A program made the translations under genes and the position numbers. 64,000 nucleotides of DNA from Lama guanicoe (lineage: Eukaryota): the NCBI GenBank assembly GCA_013239625.1, contig MU056144.1:368099-432098 (forward strand), read 5' to 3'. A model generated the notes under the pieces. It ran no database searches. It saw only the letters and a list, made by a program, of their open reading frames with translations, and had not been told where the DNA came from. Every line of letters starts with the position of its first letter. Within the stretch, counting starts at the first letter, position 1. Shown here in pieces: positions 50,390 to 63,516 of the stretch.

Positions 50390-50564
50390 NNNNNNNNNNN
50401 NNNNNNNNNNNNNNNNNNNNNNNNNNNNNNNNNNNNNNNNNNNNNNNNNNNNNNNNNNNNNNNNNNNNNNNNNNNNNNNNNNNNNNNNNNNNNNNNNNNN
50501 NNNNNNNNNNNNNNNNNNNNNNNNNNNNNNNNNNNNNNNNNNNNNNNNNNNNNNNNNNNNNNNN
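50390..50564. other. N-run (175 nt)
   Basis: Seen directly. Confidence 0.99.
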
Positions 50565-50756
50565 ATTTATCTAGTATCCCAAAACATCCTAATACATGCA
50601 AACACTGTGACCCTACACGTTACAGTCGCCATAAAGAAGAGGAAGCAATTGTTGGCATCTTGGGAAAGGGACGGGAAACCATGCACACACACGCACACAC
50701 ATCTTATTTAGGCAGTAATGTCTCAAAATCAGGAATTCTGCATAATGCTTCCTACG

Positions 50757-50900
50757 ACAGAGTTTCCCAGGCACCTGTGTTACCAGATTCACCTGGGGGT
50801 GCTGTAGAAACTACAGATAACTGAACTCCACTGCTCTAAACTCCAGAACTCGGAGTTGCCAGCCCTGGGATCTCTAATGTAAAAGCCCCCCTTCTCCCAT
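50757..50900. mobile_element. MER5-like hAT-Charlie MITE
   Basis: cagagtttccca...cagattcacctgggggtgctgtagaaactacagat. Confidence 0.55.
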
Positions 50901-51624
50901 TCGGACGTGGATGACGAGTTGGGTTCGGTACCCAGGAGAGTCCCAGGCAAAGCAGGACGAGCCGGCCACCCACTTGCAGGTTTCAGGTCGCCGACCCTCG
51001 GAGACTCGGGGGACAGCTCATTTCTCTCCGCTGCAGCAGTTTGCACACGTGCTGGGTACACAGGTGGGGCTCAGGAAGGACTCAATGTGTCTTCAAATAA
51101 TCCACTTCTCATACCCACTCCCCCTGCCTCCCTCAAATCCCATCCATCTGATTCTAAGCCTTTTCACTTTTACGTTTGAAAACGTCAAAGTGATTGCTTT
51201 TGACTGGACCTGTTCAGGTAACATGCCTGCCTTTTTGGTATTTACTTTGTGTGGATCCAGTCCTTTGATTGATCCTTTGAACCTTAGAATATCGAGCCAA
51301 TAATGTAGAGATTTAATCAATACACAGCACTAAGGTTATCCTCAAGCCGCTACAGACCTGGTTCCACTGCCTGAGGGATGTGCTTGGCCGGGAGGTTGAC
51401 ACACAGGTGTGTTTCAACTGGACGGGCGCCTGCCTCTCACGGCAAGAGTTTTCAGCAAATGACTCTTTTACTTATTTATGTTCTTTCAACCCTTCACTCT
51501 ACTCTTTCTTGTAAAAAAAAAAAAATCAGCATGCTGTGTCCCTAATTTCACAGGATAAATTTAAATTGATGAGATTGAACTGAAGGAACTTCAAGTTCAC
51601 ATTAACATGAATTTCTAGAAAACA

Positions 51625-51778
51625 AGCACAGGGAACTGTATTCAGTATCTTGTAGTAACACATAATGAAACAGAACACGAAAATGAATATATGTATGTAT
51701 ACGTATGACTGAACCGTTACACTGTACACCAGAAATTGACACAACGTTGTACAATGAACATACTTCAATAATAAAAAG
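51625..51778 (+). mobile_element. Short L1 3' UTR insertion
   Basis: agcacagggaactgtattcagtatcttgtag...ctgtacaccagaaattgacacaacgttgta...tacttcaataataaaa. Confidence 0.92.
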
Positions 51779-53090
51779 GAGCCCTCTTTAGTGAAACTCA
51801 GAATAGTTTTCAAGTAATAATTTTGTGCCAGGAAAGCTGTAAATAGATCAATGCATACTCCTTGACCCCATAGGCTAAATCAGCGCTTAAGTGACTTAAC
51901 CCAAACTCTTAATCAGAATAATTGCCAATTATTGTTTGTTAACCATCTTTTCTGGTGATATCTAAGGTTTTCCAATAACTTGATTAAGATCCCAAACCAA
52001 TATGTTTTCCCTCGCAGAACAAATATTTAAAACGCATAATCATATTTCTGTGTAAAGATTTCCTTTAATAGTGATTCAATATAAATAAATAAAATGCATT
52101 TTGCTCTGTTAGATTTAAATCAAAACTAGAACGTGTCTGTAACTGAAACACTAAAAACTATTAAAAGACTCCAGTAAAGAGATCTTCTATTAGAACTTAC
52201 TGTGGCATATGCTGAAAATTCAGTGATTTAAACTGCCTTAAGTGTATGCTTTCCTTATAAAACAGATAGTACCAACAATTCTCATTAAAATGGCTTGAAA
52301 CGCACAAGTTAAGAATAAATATGATAAGAATTAAAGAAAATGTTGAGGTCAGATGACTTTAAATTTACAAGCTAAGGCTCAATTAAAGTTTCAAAATAAT
52401 AGAAAAGAAAACGATCATAGGAATACTAAATTCCTACCTAAAATAAGAATGCTGTTAGGACCCAGGCAAGTCCTGATAAATCTGAAAGTCCTATGTCCCC
52501 ACGGAACTTGGGCTTGCCTGTGGCTTAAAGGCCAAATTAAGTTCTTACGACCTAAGTGGTCCTCCTGTTTATCTTTCAGTCCCTTGTAGATACACAGAAA
52601 TACTCATTACTACTGGGATGACCTGTGTGCGATAATTTGAGATAATTCAACGGTACCTAAATGGTGCTCATCAGGAGCAGAAGGGGCTGCAACTGTATGA
52701 CAAGGACGACCGATCGCCTCACCCCTCTTGCGAGAAGGTGGTTTTGGTGAGTGGCGGCCTGAGCTACAGGTTTTCATGTTGAAGCCACTTTTGATTTTGC
52801 CATGCCTTTGGCTCCATTCTTGATTTCACCTTGAGATTTTCTGAGTTCTTTCCTTGGTAGCTTATCTTGCCATCCATCCAACAGATCTTGCTGAGACAAC
52901 CCTGCACAGTGGAACACTTGCAACCACATGCCGATAACCTGAACACATTTCCAACAGGCCATCTTCCTGCTCAAGAACAGAGTCAAGAAGTTCTTAACCA
53001 ATCAAGTTCAAAATTATCGGGTCCTGTCATAACTGTCAGACATGTCTCAGAATCCTTCAACACTGGTCTCCACCTCTAAACTCCACCCAG

Positions 53091-53228
53091 AGGGGAAGGT
53101 ATAGCTCAGTGGTGGAGCACATGTTTTGTATGCAGGAGGTCCTGGGTTCAATCCTTCGTACCTCCATTAAAGTAAATAAATAAACCTAATTACCTTTCCC
53201 CAACCAAAAAAATTAAAAAATAAATAAA
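53091..53228 (+). mobile_element. Camelid SINE (Vic-1-like)
   Basis: ggggaaggtatagctcagtggtggag...gggttcaatcc...taaataaacctaattacctttcccc plus A tail. Confidence 0.95.
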
Positions 53229-53239
53229 ATACACACAAA

Positions 53240-54080
53240 CACCTTACATTCTTCAACTTGGAATGCTTTTCTCTCAATCTCATTCTGGTTCAAAACCCAC
53301 ATTTCCTTCAAGACCATGCTCCACATCTTACATAAAGCTGGCTCTGAAAGCCACGACATCCCCAAGCCCAATTTCCCCCTTAATTCTGATAATACAAATT
53401 GGAATATATCATGCGTCATTAATTTCACTGCTTTTTATATCTTCATTTGCTCCTCTTGTCCGCCAAATGCTAGCATAAAGACAACTGAACAAATCAGTTC
53501 ACCTGTTCCTTGATATGAAGGCAACGTGGAACAGTCCACAGAACTGGCATCATCATTATCTCCCCGTGTGCATCCCCTCCAATATTCAATGACTCCCATG
53601 ACCTCTGGGCAGAAACAAAATTGCCTTAAATAAAATACAAGCCCTAATGATTCTGGCCCCCACCTCCTTCCCAGCCAGTTTCGCTCCTCATCCCAGAACC
53701 CCCTCCCACTCCCAGCCCTGCCCATGCAAGCTCCTCTTTGGTCATGAGAAACCGCCCCAAAGATACCTGGAATCTGTCCGTGCTTTATCCTCTTGTCTGG
53801 GTGTTTTCCTCTGCCGCAACCCTCACATTGATCCTTCTCATTTTGCTTACTCATACTAGTTCTTCAGACTTAACGAAATTTCAGAAATCTAGAAACAGCG
53901 TCCTCTAGTCCTCGTGGCCGGACCCCAGCACACGCCGCTCTCAGGGTACAGCGGTACCCCGTGATCACTCCTGTTCCAGCCAGTGACCTGTCAGTCTCTG
54001 ACACTCGTTTGCAATATCCTCGGGCCAGAACCCCATTTTCACTGTTGTCCTAGCAGAGCCCGTTAAGTACCTGGTACAAG
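53240..54080 (+). mobile_element. L2 3' region remnant
   Basis: ttcaatgactcccatgacctctggg...acaagccctaatgattctggcccccacct...cctcttgtctgggtgttttcc. Confidence 0.7.
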
Positions 54081-54404
54081 AGTTTAACACTGACTCCTTC
54101 CCGGCACTGCCTCTTGTGAAGGCCTCCTTGTTCTTGTCTTTTTAACACAGACTCTAACTTCCCATTGTATTTAAATCTTTAATCAACTGAGAACCTAGTT
54201 GTCTTTCATCTTGGGGATGGGGAAACCTTTCTGCGAAGGTTTTAGAGAAAATACAGGCATCTCTTACTTCTAAGGCAGAAGAAAATTGGGAAGAAAACTT
54301 AAACTTTGAGATTGGCACCTAAAATAATGTGATCATTCATACCCTGTTACTCGGAGAACAATGATTTTCGGCTGAAGATATTAAGATGGAATAGAAAATG
54401 TGCT

Positions 54405-54609
54405 GTAAATTTTTTTTTAATTGAAGTAAAGTCAGTTACACTGTGTCAGTTTCTGGTGCACAGCATCATGCCCCCATCATGCACATACATACATATATTC
54501 GTTTTCATATTCTTTTTCATAAAAGGTTATTACAAGCTATTGAACATATTCCCTGTGCTATAAGAAGAAACTTTTTTTAAAATCTATTTTTATCTATACA
54601 GTGGCTAAC
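54405..54609 (-). mobile_element. Short L1 3' UTR insertion with TSD
   Basis: Poly-T then ttgaagtaaagtcagttaca...ttccctgtgctata; TSD agaaaatgtgct at 54393-54404 and 54610-54621, followed by a TTTT/AA endonuclease site. Confidence 0.95.
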
Positions 54610-55369
54610 AGAAAATGTGCTTTTAAAGGCAAAAGGCCTTACATGCCTGATTAAAGACCTTCGAATTCCTCTTAGAAGACGAGGATCAAAAGTGAGATGC
54701 CTAAAAAGGTTAAGAAGGTGACATGGATAAACGCAGTGTGTGCACACGGCCGCAGTGTCAGAAGGACAATAAAGGGCCGGAGGGAGCTGTAATAAACCAC
54801 AGAACAGGCTCACTGCTGAGTTCCAAGTGACTGTAGCCAGGAGGAAAGGAAGGGAGCAGTGCTATCAGACATATTAAAAAAAAAACAAATAGAATATGAA
54901 CTTCTCATGGAATTGCCTCCATTTTTAAACAGAGCAACTAATTTGATGTTTAAAATAATTTTGTGAAGAAAAAAGCTACTTCTCTGGACTGCAGGCATTC
55001 AGCGAGTCACATACTTGGAACTTCTGACAACTGAAAACCAATGATGGCTTGGTAACCAGATCCACGTTTTACAAAGATGAAGTCAGCAGTGGAATAAAAA
55101 AAATAAAGGTCATTAGACTACAAATTCTAGAGAGGTGTTTGATCATTTGTTGAATGAATGAATGAAAGAATGAATGAGAGAATCTAAGCTCAAAGACACT
55201 CGTCAGGACATTCTTCAGTGGTTTAGATAAGGTTTCAGAGGGCCTGGACCAAAGTAATGACAGCACCAATTAAGGGTTTAGAGATATTTTGAAGTTCCTA
55301 GTTTAGTGGATGTATATTAAGACGCTGACGAAGATACAAGAAATATCAATGAGGAGGGATTAGAAGAAA

Positions 55370-55495
55370 ACGAATTTGATCCCAAGTCATTAACTAGGTG
55401 TGTGATCCTGGGTCACTTCACCACCAAGGGCTTCCGTCTCACTTGGAAAATTAAGAAATTACAGTAAACCACATCTGGAGGGCTACTGAAAGCTG
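55370..55495 (+). mobile_element. MIR fragment
   Basis: cattaactaggtgtgtgatcctgggtcacttcacc...ggcttccgtctcacttggaaaat. Confidence 0.6.
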
Positions 55496-55639
55496 AAGCC
55501 CTGTCATTCCAGGTTGACATCCCCTGATCTATGCAAGTCGCTGTTAACAACCTCTTTCCTGCGCAATTTCACTTTATAAGAAGTTGAAGAACAGGCAAAA
55601 CGAATCCACGGTGATTGAAGGAGGGACGACGCTTGCCTG

Positions 55640-55806
55640 TGAGAGGAGACTGACTTGAAAGGGGAGAGAATGTTCTCAGTGTGAAAGACATATGTCAAAC
55701 GGAGGCACAGATTACCTGAACTTCACACGTGTCAATCTCTCTGAACTACACTCACTATGGACCAATGTCTTCTATTACATATAAATTAAAACTCAATTAA
55801 AGAAAT
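55640..55806 (+). mobile_element. Old L1M 3' end
   Basis: tgtcaatctctctgaactacactc...ctattacatataaattaaaactcaattaaag. Confidence 0.55.
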
Positions 55807-55844
55807 ATTGCGGTGGGGTAGGGTGAGAGTTCACGTCTTTAATC

Positions 55845-55952
55845 CACTGGTTCTCATGCCTCGTTGCTCATTAGAATGACCTGGAGAGACGTTGAAAGGT
55901 ATTGTGACTTAGGTCCAAGTCCCAGAGATTTTGATTTAATCCATGTTTGGAG
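55845..55952. mobile_element. MER5A-like fragment
   Basis: cactggttctca...cattagaatgacctggagag...cccagagattttgatttaat. Confidence 0.75.
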
Positions 55953-56057
55953 AAAAATCCTAGAACCAAATCGTATGTGTTAATTCAACAGTTAACCTGC
56001 CATAGCTTATGTGATTTTGACTCATGGTTATCTCTCTTATCTTTCTGCCCCTTGCGT

Positions 56058-56470
56058 ATTACCCGTCAAAGCCTACCAGCCAAACCATCCTGGTGGAACA
56101 GTTAAGCCGATTAGCTCGCTGTAACAAGAAAATTCATTCCAGCAGAACCAGGGGGTGTCTCTTAAAGGGAGGTTACCTTTAGAGTTGGGGCGACTAGAGG
56201 AGGTGACAGGACGGTCTGGGCAGGGGTTGGTCAGAATTTATAAACGAGGAGGCTTGCTTGCTGGAACAGGGCTCTTAAAACGGGCATCCACACGACTTCC
56301 TGCCCCAACAGTTTGCCTCTAATCTTAGCTTGGAACATAGAAACCCAAAGGCGCCCTTGTGGAAGGAGTTAGTGCTCCGACCATCGGGGATGGCGGTTTG
56401 GTGTAATTTGTATGTTTTGCAAGTGACAGCTCAGTCTCTTCCGTCCATCGCGGTTTCTATTTCAACGCTC
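56058..56470 (-). mobile_element. Probable old ERV1-class LTR (family uncertain)
   Basis: attagctcgctgtaacaag...agaaccagggggtgtctc resembles the reverse complement of MER4-group LTR U5/R regions. Confidence 0.45.
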
Positions 56471-57271
56471 AGCCCCGCGCTGAATGTTTTCCCCTTTATC
56501 ACATTAAACTGACCCAGCCTGAGCATTTGCCAGAGCTTCCTCATCACGCCTAATTTCCAGAAGAAAGAAACACGAAGAGCAGAACAGAGAAGCCAAATGG
56601 GTTTAATTTCCTTGAGAGACATTACCCGGCCTCCCCTGCCCGGCTGCCACTTCACCTAATGTGAGTGCCCTGATCTTCACGGCTAGATTTAAATCATAAT
56701 TTCCGCCCTGAGGTGACTGTAATTTTCGGTTATATCAACCCTACTCATGGCTAGTTTTTCCTACTATTAATACTAACTTAGCCATATGGGGATTTCAATA
56801 TCCTGGCGATTAATCATGCAGGGGCCGTATACCCAAGGCAGGGCAAGTGAGGGCTTTCCCGGTGGAGAGGCCACTTAAAAGATTCCTGTCGTCTTTATGG
56901 GACTGTGAACCCCTGTCCCTCATCAGTGACGGGACGGCAAACGTCACCTTGGAGGGCTGTCACCATGACAGCAACATCTTTCCCAGATATTCATCTTTTG
57001 CAAATGTCCATCATTCTGTGTTCTGTTGCTGCTGTTAATAGTCTGCCTCTCATGTACCCAGAGGATGCAGTACTGAGGGAGAATGACAACGACAAATGGG
57101 AAAACATGAGACCTGCAGAAGCCCGCGATGTAAGGAATATTCCTACAGAACCAGAACGAAGGGTGGAGACTGCCTGGGAGATCTTACTTTCATTCACCAC
57201 ATTTTGATTGAATCAGATACTTTCGAGTTGCATTTCATGATTTCAAAATATAACGAAGTTCCCCTAAAGAC

Positions 57272-57355
57272 CTCCCCTTCACGATGTACACATACATCAA
57301 ATCATTGCATTGTTCATTGCAAATATCTTACAATTTGGTTGGCTAATTATAAAAC
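57272..57355 (+). mobile_element. Old L1M 3' terminal fragment
   Basis: ttcacgatgtacacatacatcaaatcattgcattgttca...aaatatcttacaattt. Confidence 0.6.
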
Positions 57356-58438
57356 CAAAAGTGAATTATCTTAATATTAAGGCCACAGTAGCCAATAAAT
57401 CTCTTCTTATTAGACCTGAAAGAAGAAATATGGGATGAAGTATGTTTTGTTTTTTTTTAATTCAGTTGAGACATCAACAAACACACTGCATAGGAAATCC
57501 TCCATGAAACTTGTATTATATTGTGATTTCAGAATATTTCTCTCACCAAAACTCTTGACAGGGCAATTACAAGATCTATTGTTTCTCTCTCCTGACAGAA
57601 GCAATTTTGTATTCATTCCTTTTTGGCTGTAAAACACAGGAGGAGGAAGAGAAGCAGGAGGAGGGGGAAGGCAGAGGTGATAAATTGTTCCTGTTTCTGG
57701 ATGCTCTGAAAAAAATGGGTACCAAAAAGGATTCATGGTAGAGTTAGCTTAAGCCTAATTATGCTTTACAGGCTTTCTAGACTCAGAGGAATTGCTCTTA
57801 CAAATCCAAATGACAGAGACGAGTTTCATATTTAATGGCACCTTTGGGATGTGAGGCTTGACAAGTGACCTCTCTTTAGATCAAAGGAAACGACTTGCCA
57901 ATTATTCAACCATAGGACATTCATAGCAAAAAGCAATCTCCTAATGGACGCATCTCCCAAAAGGCATTAGACACTTCTCTGATAGGAAGCATGAGGGACG
58001 TTTCCTAGAACTAGGAGAAACAGAGGTGTTCAAGGGTTCTTCTGCCTGGTCCCCTGATGGTCTTGGCCCCCAAAGAGCGGTCCTGCACGTCCTACTGTCT
58101 GAGGCATCGCTTCTTTCTGGAAACCAGGAGTTTGGGTGATGCCCAGCTTCTAACCAATGTGCACAGACTGTGATTGCATCCTCTCTTTGGAGCACACAGA
58201 GGTGTCACATTTGAGGACTTACAGGAGGTGGGAAGAGTGATAAAATGATAGTTGAAGGGGCTGGAAAAGCAAAGAAAGGAGCTCCATCAGGCTTACCTGG
58301 CTCTCAGACTTTCAGATGACAGGCTAACTGCAACATTCCTCACTGTTTTCAACTTTCTATTGTTTATAACGCAATGCCAGTTTCAGCACGCTGTCATTTC
58401 TTCTTTTTCTCCCCTTACTCGCTCTAACCTTCGTTCGT

Positions 58439-58517
58439 AAGGTTTTATTGAGATATTGTAACTCGCATACACTAGCAGGTCACCCACTGCAAGCCTGCAG
58501 TTCCACAGTTCTGAGTT
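58439..58517 (-). mobile_element. Old L1M 3' terminal fragment
   Basis: ttttattgagatat...aactcgcatac...tcacccactgcaagcctgcagttc. Confidence 0.55.
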
Positions 58518-58550
58518 CCATCATGTCTCGATGAGCTCTCTAGCCAAGGA

Positions 58551-59022
58551 TGAGACCAGAGAAAGTTTACTCAGCTGGGAAATCTGGGTCACCGAGTCGA
58601 TTCTTTCAGAATCTCACAGAATCAGTCATTTCTCAACTGAGTACTGAGACCAGTATGGTTCCCTGACCCGGTGTGGAACAATCCTGAGGCCAGTAAAGAT
58701 CACTCAACTGCTTGCCCCTGCAGATAAGGCCATGAACCAGCTGAACAGCTTACTTGTCAAGACTAAGACCTTGTTCATTCAACACTTTAAGACCCTCCCC
58801 TCACGTGCTTACAGATCCCAAGCCGTTAGATCACTGACACTGCCCGTCCTAACCAGCGCTCCCCACCCAAGACCTGCCTTAAAATCGCTCAGCCCAGTCG
58901 GGACGCCGCTATAAATATCCTCCCCAGCTTCCTCTCCTAGACACTGCTCTGATGAGGTCACGTTCTCTTTTAGTACAATATGCCTAATAAACTTACCTTT
59001 GCTTCATCAACAGTTTTCTGGT
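58551..59022 (+). mobile_element. MER67/MER31-like ERV1 LTR
   Basis: Starts TG; TATAAATA at 58910; AATAAA at 58986 in ctaataaacttacctttgcttcatcaacagttttctggt. Confidence 0.75.
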
Positions 59023-60469
59023 TTTTTGTTTTTTTTTTTTTTAAGGAAATTGACAGCCAACACAACATTTCTTGAGTCACAGAACTGTGACTCTGGGGAC
59101 TATTTTACTGTCAAGTCAGAAAATGAGCACAACTCTGGAATCACAGGAAATCTTAGGCAGAAATTCAATATGAAAACAGAGAAAGAGGACTGCTTTCATG
59201 CACAGAATTCTCAGATTGACTTGGGATGTCTGTGGGACTGAAAAGAGTATCTTCATAGTTTCATACACTTACTTTAAAAAAAAATTACTCCGCTACGTTA
59301 CTAGTATCTCCTGGAACTTCTGCAGATGTCTAAATGTCGCCATGCAGTATAAATATAAACTCAAATGATTAATAACAGTTTCTTTTTTTAAGAGTTGCAC
59401 CAATACTTTAATTTTCTACTTAAAAACTTGTAATATTCCTTTCTTATCTCCTCTAACCCTTATCAGTAATCACTAATGAATAAAAAATTCTATGTCAGAC
59501 AAAAAAAAGAACCCCTCCCGGTTTGGAGCAGCAGGGGTTGGAGGGCTGACCCCCCACCCCTTTCCCATCAAATCTCAGAGCAAGGTTCTCAGGCATCTTG
59601 GTAGAAATCCAGTTTAAAAAGAACTAAAAAAGAAACCCCCAAAATATCCAGAAACCCCACACTGCTCTGTAAGATGCACACTTTAGTTCTGTTTTATTTT
59701 CTACTCTGCCAGCTCTCTCCTAGCCAATATATATATATATATATTTTTCGTGTTTCTGTCACAGTTTTGTGTCTGAGTAATCATGAATGAATATTTAACC
59801 ATTTTACCAGCACTGAACTGGCAGATTGCTTTTTAATTTTCTGCTTGGATGGGTTGTTTTTTTTTTTTTTAATCCTGAGGTTTCCAAAATATTTTATGCG
59901 TCTTGATGGAGAGGCTAACATGCTTGCAAATTTTGCTGATCTCTACCAAAAGCCAATGAACCCTCCCTCCTTCTTCAGAAATCCGTGTACCAGCAGGCTT
60001 AGGTGATGTAAGAAGCACGTGAAACAGGACTTTTCACAAAGGCTGCAAAATACTGCTTCCCCACAAGGGATGCATAGACTGATCATTATTCTGTGCAGCT
60101 TTTAGACCGGTCCTCTGTTTCCGTAGTGGAGGGCAACACAGATGACTGAAAGATGTGATGTGCAAGGCAGCTTTAATATCACTGTCCCTTACATGCAGCC
60201 GATGATCTGTGAATAATAATTACCTGACTGTGAAATGGGCTACCCTTCCGAATACAGCTATTTTCATGATACCATGTTAATTGTTCTGAATCGTGTCATT
60301 ATTTCCCTTCAAATGATAATGACCTGGTACCTTGGTTGTCTCGTGGCATTTGTTGAGCAGACATCCAGAATAACTTATATTTTCTGTATCTCATAACAGA
60401 TGTTTTACAATGCACAAAATAATTAAAATAATGTGACATTGTTAGTATCAATTTTTTAAAGATATTTTT

Positions 60470-61710
60470 AAGTTTCCCTCACCTATTGTCTTTCCCATCT
60501 CAGTGGGCCGCAACTCTTTTTCCAGATGCTCAGGTCAAAAACCTTGACGTGTCTCTGTGTCTGAGATGAGGCAGGTAGTATTGTGGGCTCCAGTGATCTG
60601 CACCCTTCTCTGTCACATACCGAGACCCGGGGGACCTCCCGTGGGAGGAGTATGCACATGTCCACCCCGCTGACCACAGGCTTGGCAGTGCTGCTTTGGA
60701 CAATGAAAGGAGAGCAGATACAATTTACAAAAGTGCCAAGCAGGGCTAGGCAGACCCACAGGGGAGCCAGCCTGCATGTCACCTGAGTGAGAAATCAATG
60801 CTTCTTGTCATAAACCACTGAGATGTGGGGCAAGATTCGAGGTTGTCTATAATTGCGACATAAATTAACGTTGATGAATACAGCCCCTACCCAAGTATAT
60901 TGGTGAATCCTGTACCACTTTCTTCCAAATATATCCAGGACCAGACTCGCTTCTCCTCACCTCTCCTGCTATTCCTGTGGCCTGGGCCACCAAGCTCTCC
61001 TACGTGATTAGTTTTATAACAGCCTTCCAATGGGCCTTTTTCTTCCCTCATCCTCTGACTCACCATCTATTTTCAACATGGTACTAGAATAATTCTTTTG
61101 AAAATGTAAATCAGATTGGGTCACTCCTGCGCACCAGTCCCTTTGACAGCTTCCCACATCATGGAGATGACGGCCAAAGTGCTCACACAGCTCCCCCAGC
61201 CATTGGAGGCGCACGCAAAATGCCTGCCCCGCTGCCGGCCACCCCCAGATTCCTCTCCTCCCCATCTGCCCTGGGCTCAATCCGCCCCAGCCATCCTGGC
61301 CTCACTGCCGTCCCTCCACCTGGCCAGCACGCGCCTCCCACAGGCAACTGCATGCCTCTTCCCCCTCCCTGAAAGGCTCTCTGTCCCAGGGGACAACCAG
61401 ACTCAGTCCTTCATCCCCTCCAGTTCTTGGCTCAAATGGCATCTATTCAGTGACATCTTCAAAATCACCGAACTAAAAACTGCAAAGCCTCTCTGCTCCT
61501 AGGACTCCCTCTCTCCCCTTTCTGTGTTGTCTCCTTGGCACTCACGCCATCTGACGTAGTAACATTTACTTATTTACTTACACGTTGCCTAATTCTGCTC
61601 AGTTGTGAGTTGTAAGATGGCAGGGGTTTTTGTAATGTTTTATTTTTGGCGAGGTCTATTCTTTTAGCAACAACTTGCAACTAGATGAATTTGTTGGCTG
61701 GATGAAGAAA
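60470..61710 (+). mobile_element. L2a-like LINE, interrupted by an MLT1 LTR
   Basis: ttccagatgctcaggtcaaaaaccttgac | ttccaaatatatccagga...cttttgaaaatgtaaatcagattgggtcactcctgc...gctcaaatggcatct. Confidence 0.88.
60567..60882 (+). mobile_element. MLT1 (H/I/J-like) MaLR LTR, internally deleted
   Basis: gagtgagaaatcaatgcttcttgtcataaaccactgagatgtgggg...gatgaataca terminus. Confidence 0.75.
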
Positions 61711-62329
61711 GGAATTATATTTTAGAAGACGGGTGAAGCACTATGTTATTGCAATATTTTTTCCTGTGTTTTCTCTCAGAGATAACTTTCTTCCCCACTT
61801 ATTTTCAAACCATATATGTTTTTTAAATTTAACATTTATAATAAACAGTAGATAGCAAATTCTGTGTCAGGTTTATCTCCTAAATACTTTGTATCCCTCT
61901 AAACAGAACACATCCATAAGGTTGCTAGGATAACAATGTTGTCATGTACATTTCAGAATTCAACCACATTTTTCTTCTATCAGAACTTACCACTGTATCA
62001 CTGCAGATACGCCTAGCACTATATACATTGTTAAATTTCTCCACAAACCCAGGCCTGAAATTATTAAAAACTAGGGAACTTGGGGTATAACCCCAACACC
62101 ACCAAATATAAATGCCTTTCCAACTTACATAAGATTCACTATTGAGAAACAGCCAGTTTCATATTTGGAATTATTTTAATGGCTAAGTTCAAGTGTACTT
62201 ATTTGATAAACATAGTATGCTATTCAGGCAATTACAAATAAAGAAGTTTCTAAAACTGAAGAGTGATTTTTCTTTTTTAGATGCTTATTAGTATACTGGA
62301 GACACTTATCTTCATCTGTGGTGGATACT

Positions 62330-62439
62330 TATAGTAAATGTGTAATGAATCACGCCTCCCTGTGTTCTTGTCGCCTTGCAATGTGACTATGGATGTCTTG
62401 GGGGGGTACTTTGTTACACAGCACTGGATAACTGCTACA
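62330..62439 (+). mobile_element. Miniature MLT1 LTR remnant (5' and 3' ends joined)
   Basis: atgaatcacgcctccctg...ttgcaatgtgact directly followed by tttgttacacagcactggataactgctaca. Confidence 0.6.
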
Positions 62440-63159
62440 TATATATATATGTATATATATGTTTTTCTGCTCTAAATGCATTAGTTTCTCCTTTATAAAT
62501 GATCAACCTTTAAGACTGATGAAGTGCTGAGGTGGTGAGAAAGCCAGGTAAGCAGTAAGCACTCAGGAGATTCTCAGTGTAGTTGTTCTGATGCCTCCTT
62601 ATTTCTCGTCCACCTGTTTCCGTGCTCTCCTAACTACCTAATCCTTCTTCAGTGCACCAGTAAAACTGCAGAGGAAAGTGCTCCATCACTGAACTCCCTG
62701 ATTCTTCTTTCTTTGGACCAGAGCACTTAAATCTCAAACATAAATCCCAAGTTGGAAAGGAAACTCATTATTAATACCATATTAAATCATATGCAATCAA
62801 TTTCTTCTCCTAGTTTCTCTCTTATATGCATGAGCTCTGGCAGGCACTGCTTTTAATGAGTAAATGATTGCAGAAAGAGATTTAGATGGAAAGATATAGC
62901 TCCCAACAAATATTGTGTAATCCTGAGTGCAAATCACTGCCTTTTCTGAACATGGTTCAAAAATCACAATCTTCAAATTATCAGATGGCAAAACTTCAGA
63001 TCAGATTAGGGCCCACATCTAACTGCTTTTCTCTCATTTTTATAGGATGAAGGAGGAAGAGGAAAATGAATGTGGTTATCTGATGGTTGCATCTGGTCAC
63101 AGCACATTACTTCTCTCACTAAATTCCTGATCAAAGAGAATCTTTCATATGTTTCCTCC

Positions 63160-63516
63160 ATGTATAAAAAAATTATTGAAGTGTAGTTGATTTACAATGT
63201 TAGTTTCAGGTATACAGCAAAGTGATTCGGTTATACACATACATACATATGTAAATATATATATTTTTTCTTTTCAGATTCTTTTCCATTATATGTTATT
63301 AAAAGAAATTAAATATAGTTTCCTGTGTTATATAGTAGGTACTTGTTATTCATCTCTTTTATATATAGTAATGTGTGTGTGTTAATCCCCAACCCCTAAT
63401 TCAAGAAAAAAAAATTGAATGATACAAATTCTACTTACAAACGAAAAACAGACTCAAGTACATAGAAAACAAACAATGATTACCCAAGGGGAAAGGGCAA
63501 GGAGGGATAAATTAGG
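63160..63516 (-). mobile_element. L1 3' UTR insertion with a 5' inversion
   Basis: 63175-63401 is L1 tail on the minus strand; 63403-63516 is the adjacent upstream L1 segment on the plus strand. Confidence 0.9.

Noticed and set aside
57042-57129. Exon-like segment LPLMYPEDAVLRENDNDKWENMRPAEARD ending at gtaagg
   Set aside because: No recognisable homology; such splice-like pairs are expected by chance in 64 kb.
61991-62055. Minus-strand exon-like segment; one frame reads LWRNLTMYIVLGVSAVI, superficially like a VAMP juxtamembrane/TM region
   Set aside because: Too short and hydrophobic to be informative, and no SNARE motif is nearby.
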